A stretch of 63,277 nt of DNA, counting the filler, from Phoronis australis (Eukaryota > Animalia > Phoronida): the NCBI GenBank assembly GCA_002633005.1. It is 7 parts of 7 records of this genome, joined end to end, with 100 filler letters (N's around TTAATTAATTAA, not from the genome) between each part and the next. Parts side by side here need not be neighbours in the genome. Positions count along the whole stretch, not along the records: positions 33,662 to 46,862 come from NMRA01001599.1; positions 46,963 to 50,388 come from NMRA01003027.1; positions 50,489 to 60,825 come from NMRA01001759.1; 4 more parts are not named here. One strand, written 5' to 3'. Of the stretch, positions 39,977-53,114 are shown piece after piece. Both the position numbers and the translations under genes were made by a program. A model generated the notes under the pieces. It made no database searches and had not been told where the DNA came from. It saw only the letters and a list, made by a program, of their open reading frames with translations. Numbering within the stretch: the first letter of the stretch is position 1; each line of letters starts with the position of its first letter.

Positions 39977-42900
39977 CATTGCGCAACTGACCAGACTTGG
40001 GCGAGCGAGATATAAAAATACAATGCAGCGCCAGCTCTTTTTCACCAGGAAGGCCTAACCTTTTGCTCAGTTCTCCTGTTGCCATGACAACCAGTCGGTG
40101 CTGCTGAAGGGTGACTAGAAATCCCTGTGAAATGGAGGGAATAGGTTGATAGTAAACATGCATAGACAAGGCGTGCCTACTAACACCAGTCTGCACAGAA
40201 TACATAAAATCCATCTAATGATATGAATAAATTGTCTTCTTAATGGAAGTCTGTCAAGGAAATAATTATGAACAATATAAAACATTTATTGTAACAAACT
40301 AACAACTACAATACACAAATACACATTTACCAATGTTATAATTGTACGAAGTTCCATTTTTCATGGTTTTTCTAATGTACCATTAGTTTTCAAAACTCTA
40401 GTGACATCAGCTGTTAACCGAATTTTGTTCTGCAATCTGCACTATGACATTTTTTTTTATTTAAACTACAAGACTTATAATTTTGTTACATTTGCTATTT
40501 CCAAACAAAATAACATCATTTCTTGAATTATCGATCCTAAGGAAATCATCACAAATTTCCGTCCACAACTCTCGTACTTATCTGCATTCAACAAATAAAT
40601 GTTAAATAGTCTCTCTACGCTCAGAGCAAAATGTACACATCAAGTAATTCTCTCAAAATTGGGAGACAAGCCCCATACACAAATACACGACATTCTGGTC
40701 AATAAAGGTCACACTTCCACTTTGTATGACCTTTTGTTTTCATCAAAGTTCTTGCAATTACCCCAATAATCATAAAATCCACAGAAACAATAGCATTTGA
40801 TACATGGAAAACGTAGATCACACATTCAAAATACGCTATTTTTTAAACAGACCACCCCATGTGGATCCGCGAGCAGACAATTATCATTCATTATCACATT
40901 TTTTAATTCAGTTGATACACTTACGGAATATTTAAAACATCAAAACATCTGCGCCAAACTGATACCAAACTCACCTTATCTGATTTTTTGATCGTGTTCA
41001 TAATCTTCTCAAATTTTCCTTCATACTGCCTCACAGGCACCAACATACAGTAAGTCAACGTCAACCCGCCCACTCCCACCAACGGCGAGTCCTTTTTTAT
41101 CGTCTTAACACCCGTAAGGAACTCCTGCTCAATGGCATCGTAGGATATCTGCATGCTCAGCGTGATTTCACCTCCGCTGGAATGCGCAATACGTGAACAG
41201 ATAACTTCACATAAACACAGCACAATGAGAGTTCATGTCAAATAGATGTTTTTCGTGTATAGTATAAGCGTGATATGTATCTGCCATGCAGTTATTATAT
41301 AGCATAATCATGAAATATGAAACTTCCATCAATTTGTCAAACAAAATCTCATTTTCATTTTTCAGGAGTTATTTTTCAAGGAAAACTGACAATCGGCACA
41401 ATTATTTACGGGGCTTGGAACTACAAATGACAAAAAGAGAAAAAATTTCCACGTGACCTGTTGTTCCACAAACAAATAGGCTTGTGCGATAGAAATATTT
41501 TTTGTGTAGTAAAATTTAACTGAAATACACATTTTTGCATTGAATAAAGTCAAATAATGAAATCAGATAAGAGGAAATCAAAACCAAAAAAGATGAAATC
41601 CTTAAAAAAAGAGGAAAATTGAAACCCCTTTAATATTTGAGGCCCCAAATTCAATTTCTTGTCCATGTCATTTTAATAAGAATAAGTCATTTTCAATAAT
41701 AAGCTGTTTTTGTCTTGTAACTTGTTCATAGAGAAAGTAATTGTTTTGAGAGACCAGCCAATCAGTTTGGAAGAGGCAGATTCAACGTAAGGTGTCGGTA
41801 TTCACCAGTGGTCCGTTTAGGAGATGCTCCAGGGCGTCTAGTTACGTCAACGACAATAAAGTCTTTAACATCACCATCATGTTTTACCTCGACTGAACTT
41901 ATTGCAATTACAATCACCACAGTTTACTCACATGTGTGCAGGCTTGTTGGTTGAGCTGTAAGACAACAAGTCCGCTTTACACACAGCACCAGCCTTCAGC
42001 CCCACTTCGCCCGTCCAGATGCGACAGTGGCCGCCCCCAGATTTGCGACCAGTTGTAGATCGAGACTTCGAGGGGGAGGTTTGCTTCTGAGGACTCCTAA
42101 GTGTAAGTGACGTAAGGCTAAATGAAGCGTGTACAACCTACAGTACACGCAAAAAGTATTCAGACAAAACGACCCGCAATTCCCAGCCAAGACAGACGGG
42201 CAAAAGCCAAATTCATCTTCAGAGTTGTCTCCCTTCGTGGCTAAGAATGAAAAGGAAATAACAGGAAAGTTTGTAAAGATAGCTAAGCCATTCTAAAATT
42301 AGAATTTTCTTGCCCCAATGGTTATTTATACCAGTAATTTTTGCTGTTGACAGAATTCGCCCTCACAGTGGGAAAAGCATATTTTGTCTGGTGAATTTGG
42401 TCTTGTACTGCCTGAATTTAACAACAAAACTTTGTCAAGAAAAAATCATTAACTGAAATCCCTTTATTATGTACATTATAGCATGGCATCAAAAGTTAGT
42501 AACAAAAATGTATATTCTTTTCCTAATGCTGATTAACCAATTTTTGCAATAACTGCATTACCTAAGTGAAACCCAAGATCATTCCACGACTTAAAAGAGA
42601 CTAATAATTCAACTGATAAGAAGGCGTGTTCTATACCACAAGCGAAGGTTAGTGTGAGAACATGCTTTGGTTGTAACCATGGAGATATCTCACAAAGAGG
42701 TGCGAGTTCTTGCCAAACTAAGAATGTATCCTTACGCATCGTGGGGACTACTTCAATACATTTTAATACCGACGTTCGTCTTTTTACATAATACTATTTT
42801 TCCTTGCGGAGCGCAGCTTTGTGTTAACACATTGCCGAGTTACTACACACTAACTACAGCCAACTATTATGGCATTAAATGATTGTAACAAGAAACTTAC

Positions 42901-45900
42901 GGCTGAGTAGTTTTCTGAGTCTTGTCAGCAGTAAATGAGAACTCCAACAAAGCATACGGGCAGATGTTTCTAGGGAAGTCTTCAAGCTCCAGGTCTTCAT
43001 TGTACTCATACAGGTACATCTAGATATGACAGAGAGAGAGAGAGGGAGAGAATTGTAACAGCAACCTGGAGTACAATCACAATAGATCCCAAACTTCTTC
43101 ACACCACTGTTTCCTAAACTAAAGATTGCCTTAAGTCCGTGACCAGAAAGTGATCATCTCAAGTTGCTGAGTTAAGATTTGTCCATCCCACCAGTCACTT
43201 TTTCGCCTACATGCCAACCAAATATACAGCCAGCAGGCGTATACACGGAAAATACAACCGCAATGAAAACTTTGAATGGTTGAACTCTATAAAACTTTCC
43301 AGGTAATATTCAGATTTGACGTTTGGTTTCCTTGAAATGCACTCTTTGGAATATCCGGCACTGGTTTGTTTGTGAGAAACTATGATAACATGTCGAAAGT
43401 ATAACGCTACATTTTGACAGTCAAATTAAACTACTTTCACTGCAGATGCAAAACGAATGACAACTTGCAAGGTGATCCGAGAAGAAGCATGGTAGTTCCA
43501 ATAGCCTCCTGTGTTGGACTGAATTTCTTCCATAAGTTTCAATGCTCATTTTGGCAACTTAAGAACGACTTAAGACATAGTGAGAGTTGAATTAAAGTTA
43601 AGATATTAAGTAACAGAGCAAGTCTCCACCGAAAATCAAAAATGTGTATTTCCTCTCATCAGGCATACGTTTCAGTTCAATTGCACATGATAACGACCAA
43701 TTTTCATGAAGGCAAAGGAAGGAAACACCCTTCTCCTAAGCCTGTCGCTAGCGAAGTGCCCGACACATACAGTCGCGCCCACATGCCCACATAACAAAGG
43801 CGCACTGAGACGCAACAAAGACATTAGCGTAAGAATAACTGAACATTTGCAACTAAATAAGAATAACAATAAGCGTAAAGTTATGAACGTCCCGTCACAT
43901 TAGTCAATCTTAGCAAAGATTCTTCATCAGCATGCAAGGTATTTTGGATTAAAAACAAAAAATGGACGTCAGCCAGTTTCTCGTAATGGTCCCCAGGACT
44001 GTAAACATTGTACTTTCACTGGTGATTGTTGGACAAAATTCATACTGTGCACGATTCAAACTAAGTGAAAAACAACAGACACAGACCATAAGCTTTCCAC
44101 AAACCTGAGCAGATTCAAATGATTTCTTCAGAGTCATAGAAGACAGGTCAACAGGAGTCTTGGATATATGACAGTCAAAGTTGGGCGTCGGTTCAATGTA
44201 AGTTGATGAAGTGGTCTCTGTCACGGACTTCACCTTCCCCTGAAAAAAGTTAATAGTATGGTGTAAAGACTTACTACCTAGCACAAGCTTACTGGAATCA
44301 ACAACACAGAAAATAGATGCACATTAATTAGTAGCTTGAGTGTGGGTACAACATTGCCAAAACATGACATGACTGTTGTTTCCTTTCAAACCCCAAAAGT
44401 ATAGCAAGATCAATGAGACAAAAGTGTTGACCAACAACCAAGCGTAAAAAAATAAAACCGCCACGAGGCGGCATAGAGGTAGTTGGATCAGTCCAAGAAA
44501 GTCATGTTGCCAGCTTCATAAAAACACAACTACCAAATCTCATTAAGGTCCAGCAAGGGCTTTGGAAAGTACGCAGTGGACAGAGCTGACTGCAACATGC
44601 ATCCCACGTGAATATACTTTTACATTGTGTTTGAGAGGTTCATGCTGGCCATGCATCCAAAACTTCAAAGATAATCAAGCTTGAGGCTGTTCAACCATGT
44701 AAAAATTCCTCTGCATTCCACCGCAGACATGCCACATTCACGGGAACCATTTTCTTGCCATTTGCAAGCGTCGACAGATGCAAACACAAACAGGCAGCAT
44801 TGCCAACTGAGAGACAACTGTCCAGAAATAGTAACCATAGCAATAATCTACCTCTTGTTAGCAATACCACTTATTGTTTTTTGTTCAAACAATACATACC
44901 TTGATGACTTTGAATATTATGACAATCCCCTTGTAGTCAGTGGCAACGTTTACTGGACGCAGTATATCTGCATGACGACTGAGGTAGACACCTGTAAAGG
45001 ATTATTCTAATCGTGTCTTGACTGTATGAACTCTGATAACACAAACGCATGTTAGCAAGACAGATGTCAACACAACTACAGTACAAGTATAGTGTGCTCA
45101 GTAAAATTAGAAACCTTCAGTTGGTTTCCTCATTTCCAAAAACAGAGAAATCCATTAAGCAAATAGTTTGATTCTTGATTCTTGCTTTTTATAAATTTAA
45201 CTAATTGTTTCCTTAAAAGATGTCAAAGTAAATTTTTAAAAAATAATTAACCTCATATATGTTCCTAGAACTGTCTTCTCTTTTCACTGCATTGTGCCAC
45301 AGCAACATTGTACCGATAACTTGTTGTATGCCATGTTAACTTCATGGTTTCTCAAATAGCAAAAAACAGAAACAGAACAGCTCCACCTTTACAGAGAATC
45401 AACAGCAACATGAATACCTCCACTATAGGGCCACAATAGATCAAGTTTCCTTGTGGTCAGAATCTGGTCTCGCGTATAGAATTTGATAAATGTTTTGAAT
45501 ATCCAGTAATAAAAAAAACCCTAAAAATATCAGAGTTCTGGTATCAATGACTGAAAAATATGAATTCTAGTCAAAACTTCCCATTCCAAACTACTTCTAT
45601 TTTCTGCTCTCGTAAAAACAAGGGGCTCTACTATATGAAACATAACCTCATTCAGACTTACCCATATCAGGGTGACCAAGAACTCCTAGCTTGCTGTGGC
45701 CCTTTTTAAGCCCATTTTTGCAGATTTGTCTTGCCTTGTGAAAGAACATTGAACAAACAGGTCACAATAGTATCAACCTAATAAGGTCAAAAAACACCAC
45801 ATAGTTACAGGAAAACAACTACAAAGCACTTAACCGAACTACATCAAGTTTACAACACAATATAGTCGAGATGTTTCAATTCTTAACCCAGAACAGTCAC

Positions 45901-46235
45901 TCGGAAACCATATGCCTAAACAGTGAACACTACGGAGCCATCAAATATTGGAATTAAAGACAAGTCAGACAAAAGAGAAAAGGAGGCAGGAAACAAAATA
46001 AAATTATTAATTGTTTTCTTGTATGCAATTGAGGTGAAACCAGAACCATCAATACATGTTTAGTTTCTACTCATTTAAGTAAATAGTCATCATTTAATTG
46101 TTTTTCACTACAAACAGTTAACACAGAACTTGTACATACCTTGTGCATTTCAGGCACATATAGGAAGCCATAACTTTCAGTGGTTTCCTTTTCAGAGTAT
46201 CCATTGCTGCGTAGTGTTTTCCTCTTCTCTAAATA
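39977..46235 (-). CDS. TASOR: TASOR/FAM208-like protein (pseudo-PARP DUF3715 + SPOC domain), core exons
   Basis: Phase-consistent exons (minus): 46235-46140 (YLEKRKTLRSNGYSEKETTESYGFL), 45734-45662 (QICKNGL..LGHPDMG), 44991-44900 (VYLSRHADIL..IFKVIK), 44239-44105 (GKVKSV..IEPTPNFDCHISK..AQ), 43019-42901 (MYLYEY..PRNICPYALLEF), 42096-41932 (IWTGEV..CKADLLS), 41176-40975, 40124-39977 (..LALHCIFI). Motifs are colinear with vertebrate TASOR as recalled (ESYAFL, GVYLSRYAD, PTPKHECHVSK, YFYEY..PRHVCPYA, VWKGQL, LHALFLF). Possible ATG at 46967 just beyond the gap. Confidence 0.88.
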
Positions 46236-46312
46236 CTTCATTAGATAAATAGTAAGCAGGAATTAATCTTACAATGAAAGTCTGATAATCAACACAGAAA
46301 CGCATAAAATTG

Positions 46313-46470
46313 TTAATGACAAAACTCAAAGTTTTCTTGACACGCCAGTTCACTTCATATGCCAATATTGCAATGACAAACTCAGTTTTCTTGACACGCC
46401 AGTTCACTTCATATGCCAATATTGCAATGACAAACTCAGTTATCTTGACACGCCAGTTCACTTCATGAGC
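46313..46470. repeat. Tandem repeat, 54 bp x about 3
   Basis: aatgacaaactcagttttcttgacacgccagttcacttcatatgccaatattgc repeated. Confidence 0.92.
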
Positions 46471-47325
46471 CAAACACGGCCTCAAGCAATAATGAACAGT
46501 AATATTACCCAAGCAACTATTACCCAGAAATCAATCATAATGTGAGTGAGAAATTAATAGAGAACACTCGCATGTTTCATAAAATGTGACATGAGACTTG
46601 AGAGACAGAAATGTGGTTTAACACCAACATAGCTATTATCTCAAAAATAATCTCACTTGAGCAAAGTGTCTAAACATTAAGACATTTATAATTAACTGCT
46701 TGTTACAGAGACAAATCCTATGAACTATTTCTAGCCTCTGATGTGCTACTACTTGGATAAACCTTGATTTGGTATCTGTGAAGTGTGGAAAAATTTCTGG
46801 CTTATGTCTTCGTCACTTCCATGAAATGGACTGCGAGGTTGTGTTCCGTAGACGCAAGAAACNNNNNNNNNNNNNNNNNNNNNNNNNNNNNNNNNNNNNN
46901 NNNNNNTTAATTAATTAANNNNNNNNNNNNNNNNNNNNNNNNNNNNNNNNNNNNNNNNNNNNGCCATGTCTTGTCTGTAGTTGTAGAATCCCCACTGTTA
47001 TCCCACACAATTGTCCTCAAAGTCAAAAGAAACCCGCAGTAGTTTACTGTTTAAGATGACTTATCTGACCACTCCAGAGAGTTCACTTGTTTACAAAATC
47101 ACATGATTTGTTAGTTTGCGACCTCTGTTGGCGAAATGTTTGGATGATTTTTAATGTATAAATATATAAGGATGCGTTTTTTACGCAAATTATTTGTGTA
47201 TCGCATTTTCCATTATTTGTCGGTTCATTCTGCACGCGGCTTCAGTTTTCACAACATTCCCTAAAATCTGAGATTATTGTGGCCTTGACCTTGATCTCTG
47301 CTTCCAGGAACTTACCTGCTTGAGA

Positions 47326-47418
47326 ATGGCAGACGACGCTAGTAAGGGACTGTTACCTTCAAGTTCAAAACAGCAACAACATGCTGTCTTTCACGACAGT
47401 TCACAGAGTTCCACATAC
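47326..47418 (+). CDS. Possible first coding exon of an unidentified gene divergent from TASOR
   Basis: Acceptor cttccag at 47307, ATG GCA at 47326, MADDASKGLLPSSSKQQQHAVFHDSSQSSTY, strong donor gtaagt. No family recognised. Confidence 0.35.
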
Positions 47419-47507
47419 GTAAGTTAAAATTGAACCAGTCATTGGTTTAATGGGCTCTTGATGCCAAAAACCCGGAAATGAACAGTGAGCAGTGACAGCT
47501 GTTCATT

Positions 47508-47543
47508 CCAGTGCCAGTGCCAGTGCCAGTGCCAGTGCCAGTG
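47508..47543. repeat. (CCAGTG)n microsatellite next to a 12-bp-stem hairpin (47579-47611)
   Basis: Direct reading; hairpin ccaccgtcctac / gtaggacggtgg; the arrangement resembles a HINE end. Confidence 0.85.
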
Positions 47544-47611
47544 AAGTGAATGAGTGAGGCAGTCACTGCATGTGAGTGACCACCGTCCTACTCAGGCACG
47601 TAGGACGGTGG

Positions 47612-48141
47612 AGCTCCTAAAGGCGCGTCATACGCCGAAAGCTTTTCGGCGAATTATGCCTTACACTGACTAAAATATCATTTAAAAAGTCACTTTAATT
47701 GTTACCTTTTGTTCACAAAGGGACATCCCCAGGACGCGGTTGATGTATGTAATTCCTTCCAACTCAAATGAATACTCCTGTCATCAAACTTTTTCTTTGA
47801 GCAGTCCCTCGTTCAGTTCCCAAAATTGGTAACTCACCATTTTTAACACTGCGCGCGCCTGAGGTAATATGACGTCATATCCGCTCGGCTGGCACACGCA
47901 GTTGTTAAAAATGCATGGTGAGTTACCGATTTTGGGAACTGAACCAATGACTGCTCGAAGGTAAAGTCTGATAACGGGAGTATTTGTTCTAGTCAAAAGG
48001 AATTAAATACATTGACAGCCCCCTAAGGTGTCCCTCTGTGCGCAAAAGGTATTTGTAACAAAGTTATCATTGATGTTTTACTCAGTGCGAGGCATATAAT
48101 TTGCCGAAAATCTTCTGGCATATGAAGTGCCTATAGGAGCT
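47612..48141. mobile_element. 530-bp foldback (palindromic) MITE
   Basis: AGCTCCTA..TAGGAGCT termini; diverged arms complementary along their length (e.g. gttcagttcccaaaattggtaactcaccat / atggtgagttaccgattttgggaactgaac); centre ATATGACGTCATAT. Confidence 0.88.
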
Positions 48142-50488
48142 TCACAGTTTCTTCTGCGGAGCCAGTAGTGTGAGCTGCCTGTGAGTTAGGCAATTACATT
48201 GCCCTGAATGCCGCAGGCATACAGGAGCTGTCACGGTAGTAGGCCTACATCTCCACAAAAAGTTAGGCATTTCAAAATACAGCGGATGAAATCGAGTGAA
48301 CCATACGTATAAGAACATGGAGTTATAAATAACACATACCATGACTCTGGATACAATTTAGTCAGCATAACTTGAACATAACCATGAAAATCTGTTGTGG
48401 TTTCCTCGAGTTTCTCTTACCGGGTCCCATTTTGAGGAAGTTACGTGAAATCACGCATGTTGACGAATAAAAAGTCCTAGGGACACAGATCTTACAAATT
48501 TCACCTCGTATCTCCCAATATGCTATTTTGCAAGTGTCATGAGCTTTGCTCAGTTTTGCGCACGCCAGGGGATACGACGTCATGCCACTTGCCGTGAGCA
48601 GTGTTCTGGAGGTCCTATGGCATAACGCGCAATGTTTGTGATAGAATCTCAGGGGTTACAGGAACTATAAACTTGACACACTTTTATCAGCGATTTCAAT
48701 ATTTTATTACCCATTCCGGTTGTAGGGGCAATAAACATGGTAATTAAGCCTGGTGTGGCAATTTAACGTCATCAGGTAATGTGTATAGGCATGAAATAGC
48801 ATGTTACCAGCCAAACAAAGGTTTGTGGTTTTCTCAGGAATTTCCATCGACCCGAAAATGAGGAGAATGTTTTTCAGGTCGGTCTATATCACAACCAAGA
48901 CGCGTTATGGGATGACTACTGTCTCTACTGAGGCCAGTTGGGTTGGTGGTGCTGTCTATGCCTGTTACCTGAAAAGAATCATGACGTTGTCACCCTCTTG
49001 AGATTGGGAACTCTGCTGGTTTGTGTACCTCGAAATCAGCTGGCATTCAGACCAAAGACACCATGCTGTTGTTGCCTTATGTTACTGATGATGTCATTCT
49101 CGAGATAATCAGACCCATCATAAACACACTGGGGGCAACGATAGTGTTTTAAATTTTTGAGGGTTTTTAAGTATTTTGAACAGTTTGTGAAAGGTACATG
49201 TGATTAGGTTTTTGAATTTTGAAAATCAGACAAGGAATGTGACTTAAAAGTTATAAAACGTACCTAAAACATTTGTGTACTGTTGCCGTATCATGTCCCT
49301 CACTAATTCTGCTGGGTGTGCAATATAATTGGGCCTAGTGCCAAATCAACAAGGCAACAGTATGATTTTGAGGTAAGCCTAATGTCATCCTGCAATTCTG
49401 GCTATGACAAGCTTAGTCACTTAACAGCTTAAAGGGTCTTTTTTCAAAACTTCTCCCCTTTCAGTGTACGTACAATAAAATGAAACAATGATATATGAAT
49501 TTTCCAGCTCTGTCAGTTCCCTTAATCATTCCTTGCAACACCATACTCACAATTTAATGTACTCAACAAGATTTGAGGAGACACTCAACAATGAATTTGC
49601 CTTGTCAGCATTTTCTCGATGACAAAAGGTATCCCCGAGAACATGTTTGCTTCTTCATAAATGACATCTTTATAAATAAATACTGATCTTAGATACTAGC
49701 ATTAGATACACAGATAATCAAGGAAAGAAACGCCGTCTCAATTTTGCTCTGGAATCGTGTGCAGAAAAGTAATTGAAAATGAGCTTTGCTTTCTGTGGTA
49801 GCCCTTGGTCATGGTGGTCCAAGAACAGGCTCTATCAATAGCTTTTTCCCAGTAAATTGTGCCCTGTGAACACACTTTGTCTGCTATTTATATTTTCAAT
49901 TTCGGAGTATTGAGTTAAATATGTGAACATGTTTCCCTCATGCAGTGCCAATAACAAATTCAATTTATCAGCCTATGGCTTAAGGGTTTCAGAGTCGGCA
50001 CAAGCCGGGATCTATTGGTCATAGGTAATGTATGCAACTGGCATCTTTACTACTGCGGCTTCTATGAATAGAATAGTAAAGTGACATATGACTGTTTTTT
50101 TTGCACTCTGGGATTGGTCCCATAGAGCATGGCATTCATTGCCACACAAGTCACCACCTGATGAAGACACTTTGTGTTCAGATATTAATTGCATTTATTT
50201 GCGACACACCTACTATCCTTTTGAGACAATTCCTATACTCACATTTGGGGATTTGCTATCCCAGCCCCTAAGCTGCCCTAAGCCAGACTGTGACTAACCC
50301 TTCTTAATTGGTTCACAAATTGATGCTCGTGGCTTAGCTGTGACTGAAGAAAACCTATTTGCTAATATCTCTTATGATGCATTGAACTNNNNNNNNNNNN
50401 NNNNNNNNNNNNNNNNNNNNNNNNNNNNNNNNTTAATTAATTAANNNNNNNNNNNNNNNNNNNNNNNNNNNNNNNNNNNNNNNNNNNN

Positions 50489-52965
50489 ACTTGTTAATAG
50501 TCTTTGTAAATTTGGGTTCATATTGTAATGTCCCTGCTGGTTGCTACAAATTGTAGTCGCCACCAGTCGCCAGAAATCTGGTGTTCCCCCCACGCCCGGG
50601 CACCCTAACGCTCAATATTTCTGCCAGTGTGATCATCAGTGGTATAAAAAGGTAAACATTCACAGTCAATAGAAAATAATTCACGAGACACAGTTTTATT
50701 AATGACTCATTCATGACAGACATGAAGTAAACAGAAATAACGGTCTCGACTTCATGTAACACACATCTTTGACTGGTATGCTACAAAACTAGGCTAAACG
50801 TTGAGCTCATTTACATGTACCACTTCATTCAGTAAATCTGACGACATAAAAGCATCTTCAGCAGAAATACCATCGTCATAAACATTGCTGCAGACAACCT
50901 CGAAGAAATCCACCAATCTGCGATTCACTAAATATTATAGGTAAACACTTTCCCAGTGGGTTCTCGTAATGTTTTCTTCATTTTGGCACTTCCGAGGGTG
51001 AACGTTTTTACCTGACTTATCTCCTTCATCGAATATGTTCGTCAGAAAGTTCTTAACCTTTGCTGAAAATCTTGTTGACCTTTTACCTTTTTTCAATGCC
51101 TAACCTATTGCTTCAGCATTCGTCTCATCCAAATAGTACTCCGAGGCTGCCTCAAATGACGCTCTGGTTCTTGCATCTGAAATTATTTCTGACCACTGTC
51201 TAGCGATGTGGTCATACGTGGTTTCCCTCTGTAAATGTTCAGTGTGGTTACCCACATCCAAATGCTGACCTAGTTCTGCATCTGTAGCAAAAACTTTCGA
51301 GTAACCTTGCTGGGTACAAGGGAACTTTTGTTGAGGCTCTTCACTAGATACAATTATGCCAACCTTAACTCTTGGTGCTGAAAATCCGCCATGTCTAGAG
51401 ATGTTAGTGTATTTTAGACAAATAGGTATCCCATTTTCTCAGTATTTGTAAGAACTTACCGTCACCTACATGGAATGATTTCCACACGCGAATTCCTTGC
51501 CGTAATTTGGGAATGTGCTTATACCAGGAACTGAGTATTTTGGAAAAGACTTAATTGCATTGACTGAACATGCATACACATAACATCCCTTCACACGGCC
51601 ACTGGAAAGTAATGCTTCTTTCAAATCCAGAAAGTTTATGATTTACCTTCGGCTACACAGTACTTTGCATGTTGTTTGAGTGGAGAGATCTTGCGATCAC
51701 AGAGATCCTTCCCATTCTGACTTTCACTGAAGTCATATCTCGAAACAGAAATGTCGGTAGAATTTGACAGGGCTGCTACGTTCAGGAGGAGAGGAGTAGA
51801 GTGGTAACATCCAGCATTACCTGACTCTTCCATGACTGGTCCTGTTCAGTCAGAAATTCACCGACTCTGGGTAGTACGAGTCCGTACTCTGGCACAGGCC
51901 TTGCTTTGTGAGGTAGTTTTCTGTATCTCAAATGCTCAGTGGTGTCTTTGACATAACTCACTAAAGCACAAAGCTTTTGTGATCGGATTTTTTGCAGATT
52001 AACTTCTAAAGGAACATGAAGGCCCATCGACATCGTCCGCCATTTTGTCTTTTTAAAATGCACTTGTTTCTCTCAAAACCAGTCATTACAAATATCAATT
52101 CTTACTCGTTTAATCTTAAAGGATTTTATTTCCGTTTAAAAGTTCTACAGAGTGTTTAAATTAACCTGATAATGTAAAAGAAATGAAAGAATACAAGAGG
52201 GTTACACGTACATTTTTATATATCCTCAAGCTTAACCTCAACTGACTCCCTCAGTGGGCAAAGGTCGTCGGGTTCAGTTTTGATACTAGTCGCGTAATAA
52301 ACCCGGGAAACATCGTGTTTTCATTGGAAAGAGTTTAGACTTGGTTTCTGTAACTATTTAAAGCAGACTTCTTGCCTAAAAGTTTGTTCAAATGGTCTGT
52401 AAACTCTGCTCGTCATATCCAAACTATGAAAATAAACAGTTTTGCAAGACAGTTTTCACTTAAGTGCAAAGTTGAGGCAAGATTTTTAATGCTCAGTCAT
52501 CAAGACTAACTCTTTAACTGTATGTTCACAACGTCACATAAGGCTACAAGGTGTTTTATGGCAGTAAGAAGGTCACAAAAATGGCCACTAAAATTAGCCC
52601 CAAAAAGTGGTCTGTGGATTATCTCCCCTGTCTAGCACAAAACTGTCAGATTTTAATAAATGGCACAGAATTATGCAAAGTATACGTTGGTTATTTCAGC
52701 CACCAAAATATAACTTTTGATCTATTTTGTATGTTACTCATTTTTGTTGCTGAAAACATGCAATTTTTGAGACGACTAATATGCCCAATTGTGCTAATTT
52801 GTGTTATCATGCTCCAGCGGCGAAATTAGGGGTCATTGAGTGCACAAAATGTGGCATTTGGGTTTATGTTTGGATACCTACCCATGTACAAAAAATGAAG
52901 TTGTTTTAAATTTTGACGTATAGACTGATTTTTGAAAATCTACTGGTTTTTATATGGACTGTCTC
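50489..52965 (-). mobile_element. Degenerate Sola3-like DNA transposon
   Basis: Frameshifted transposase about 51850-50890: NAGCYHS..RYDFSESQNGKDLCDRKISPLK..LKEAL..RVWKSFHVGDG..FPCTQQG..HLDVGNH..WALKK; terminus reads TTAA|GAG on the minus strand at 52965, as recalled for Sola3. Other end lost in the gap. Confidence 0.65.
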
Positions 52966-53114
52966 TTAAAGCGGCTAAAACCCGTCTTCTAGCACATAAA
53001 CCAACTTTTGATTCAAACCACCTACTGTTGATGGATTGTGAAATTGGTCTTAATTTGTTCAGTGCAATTGCATGAGCGCACTCGGGGGGCTCGGAGGGCT
53101 CAAACGAGCCCCCC

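Noticed and set aside
40130-40214. HVYYQP in ORF 39969-40214 as SQOR exon 2
   Set aside because: Wrong strand, lacks the following WTLVG-like motif, and falls in a TASOR intron acceptor region.
45860-45910. Another hammerhead-like motif on the minus strand
   Set aside because: Core CUGAnGA and the cleavage triplet are not intact.
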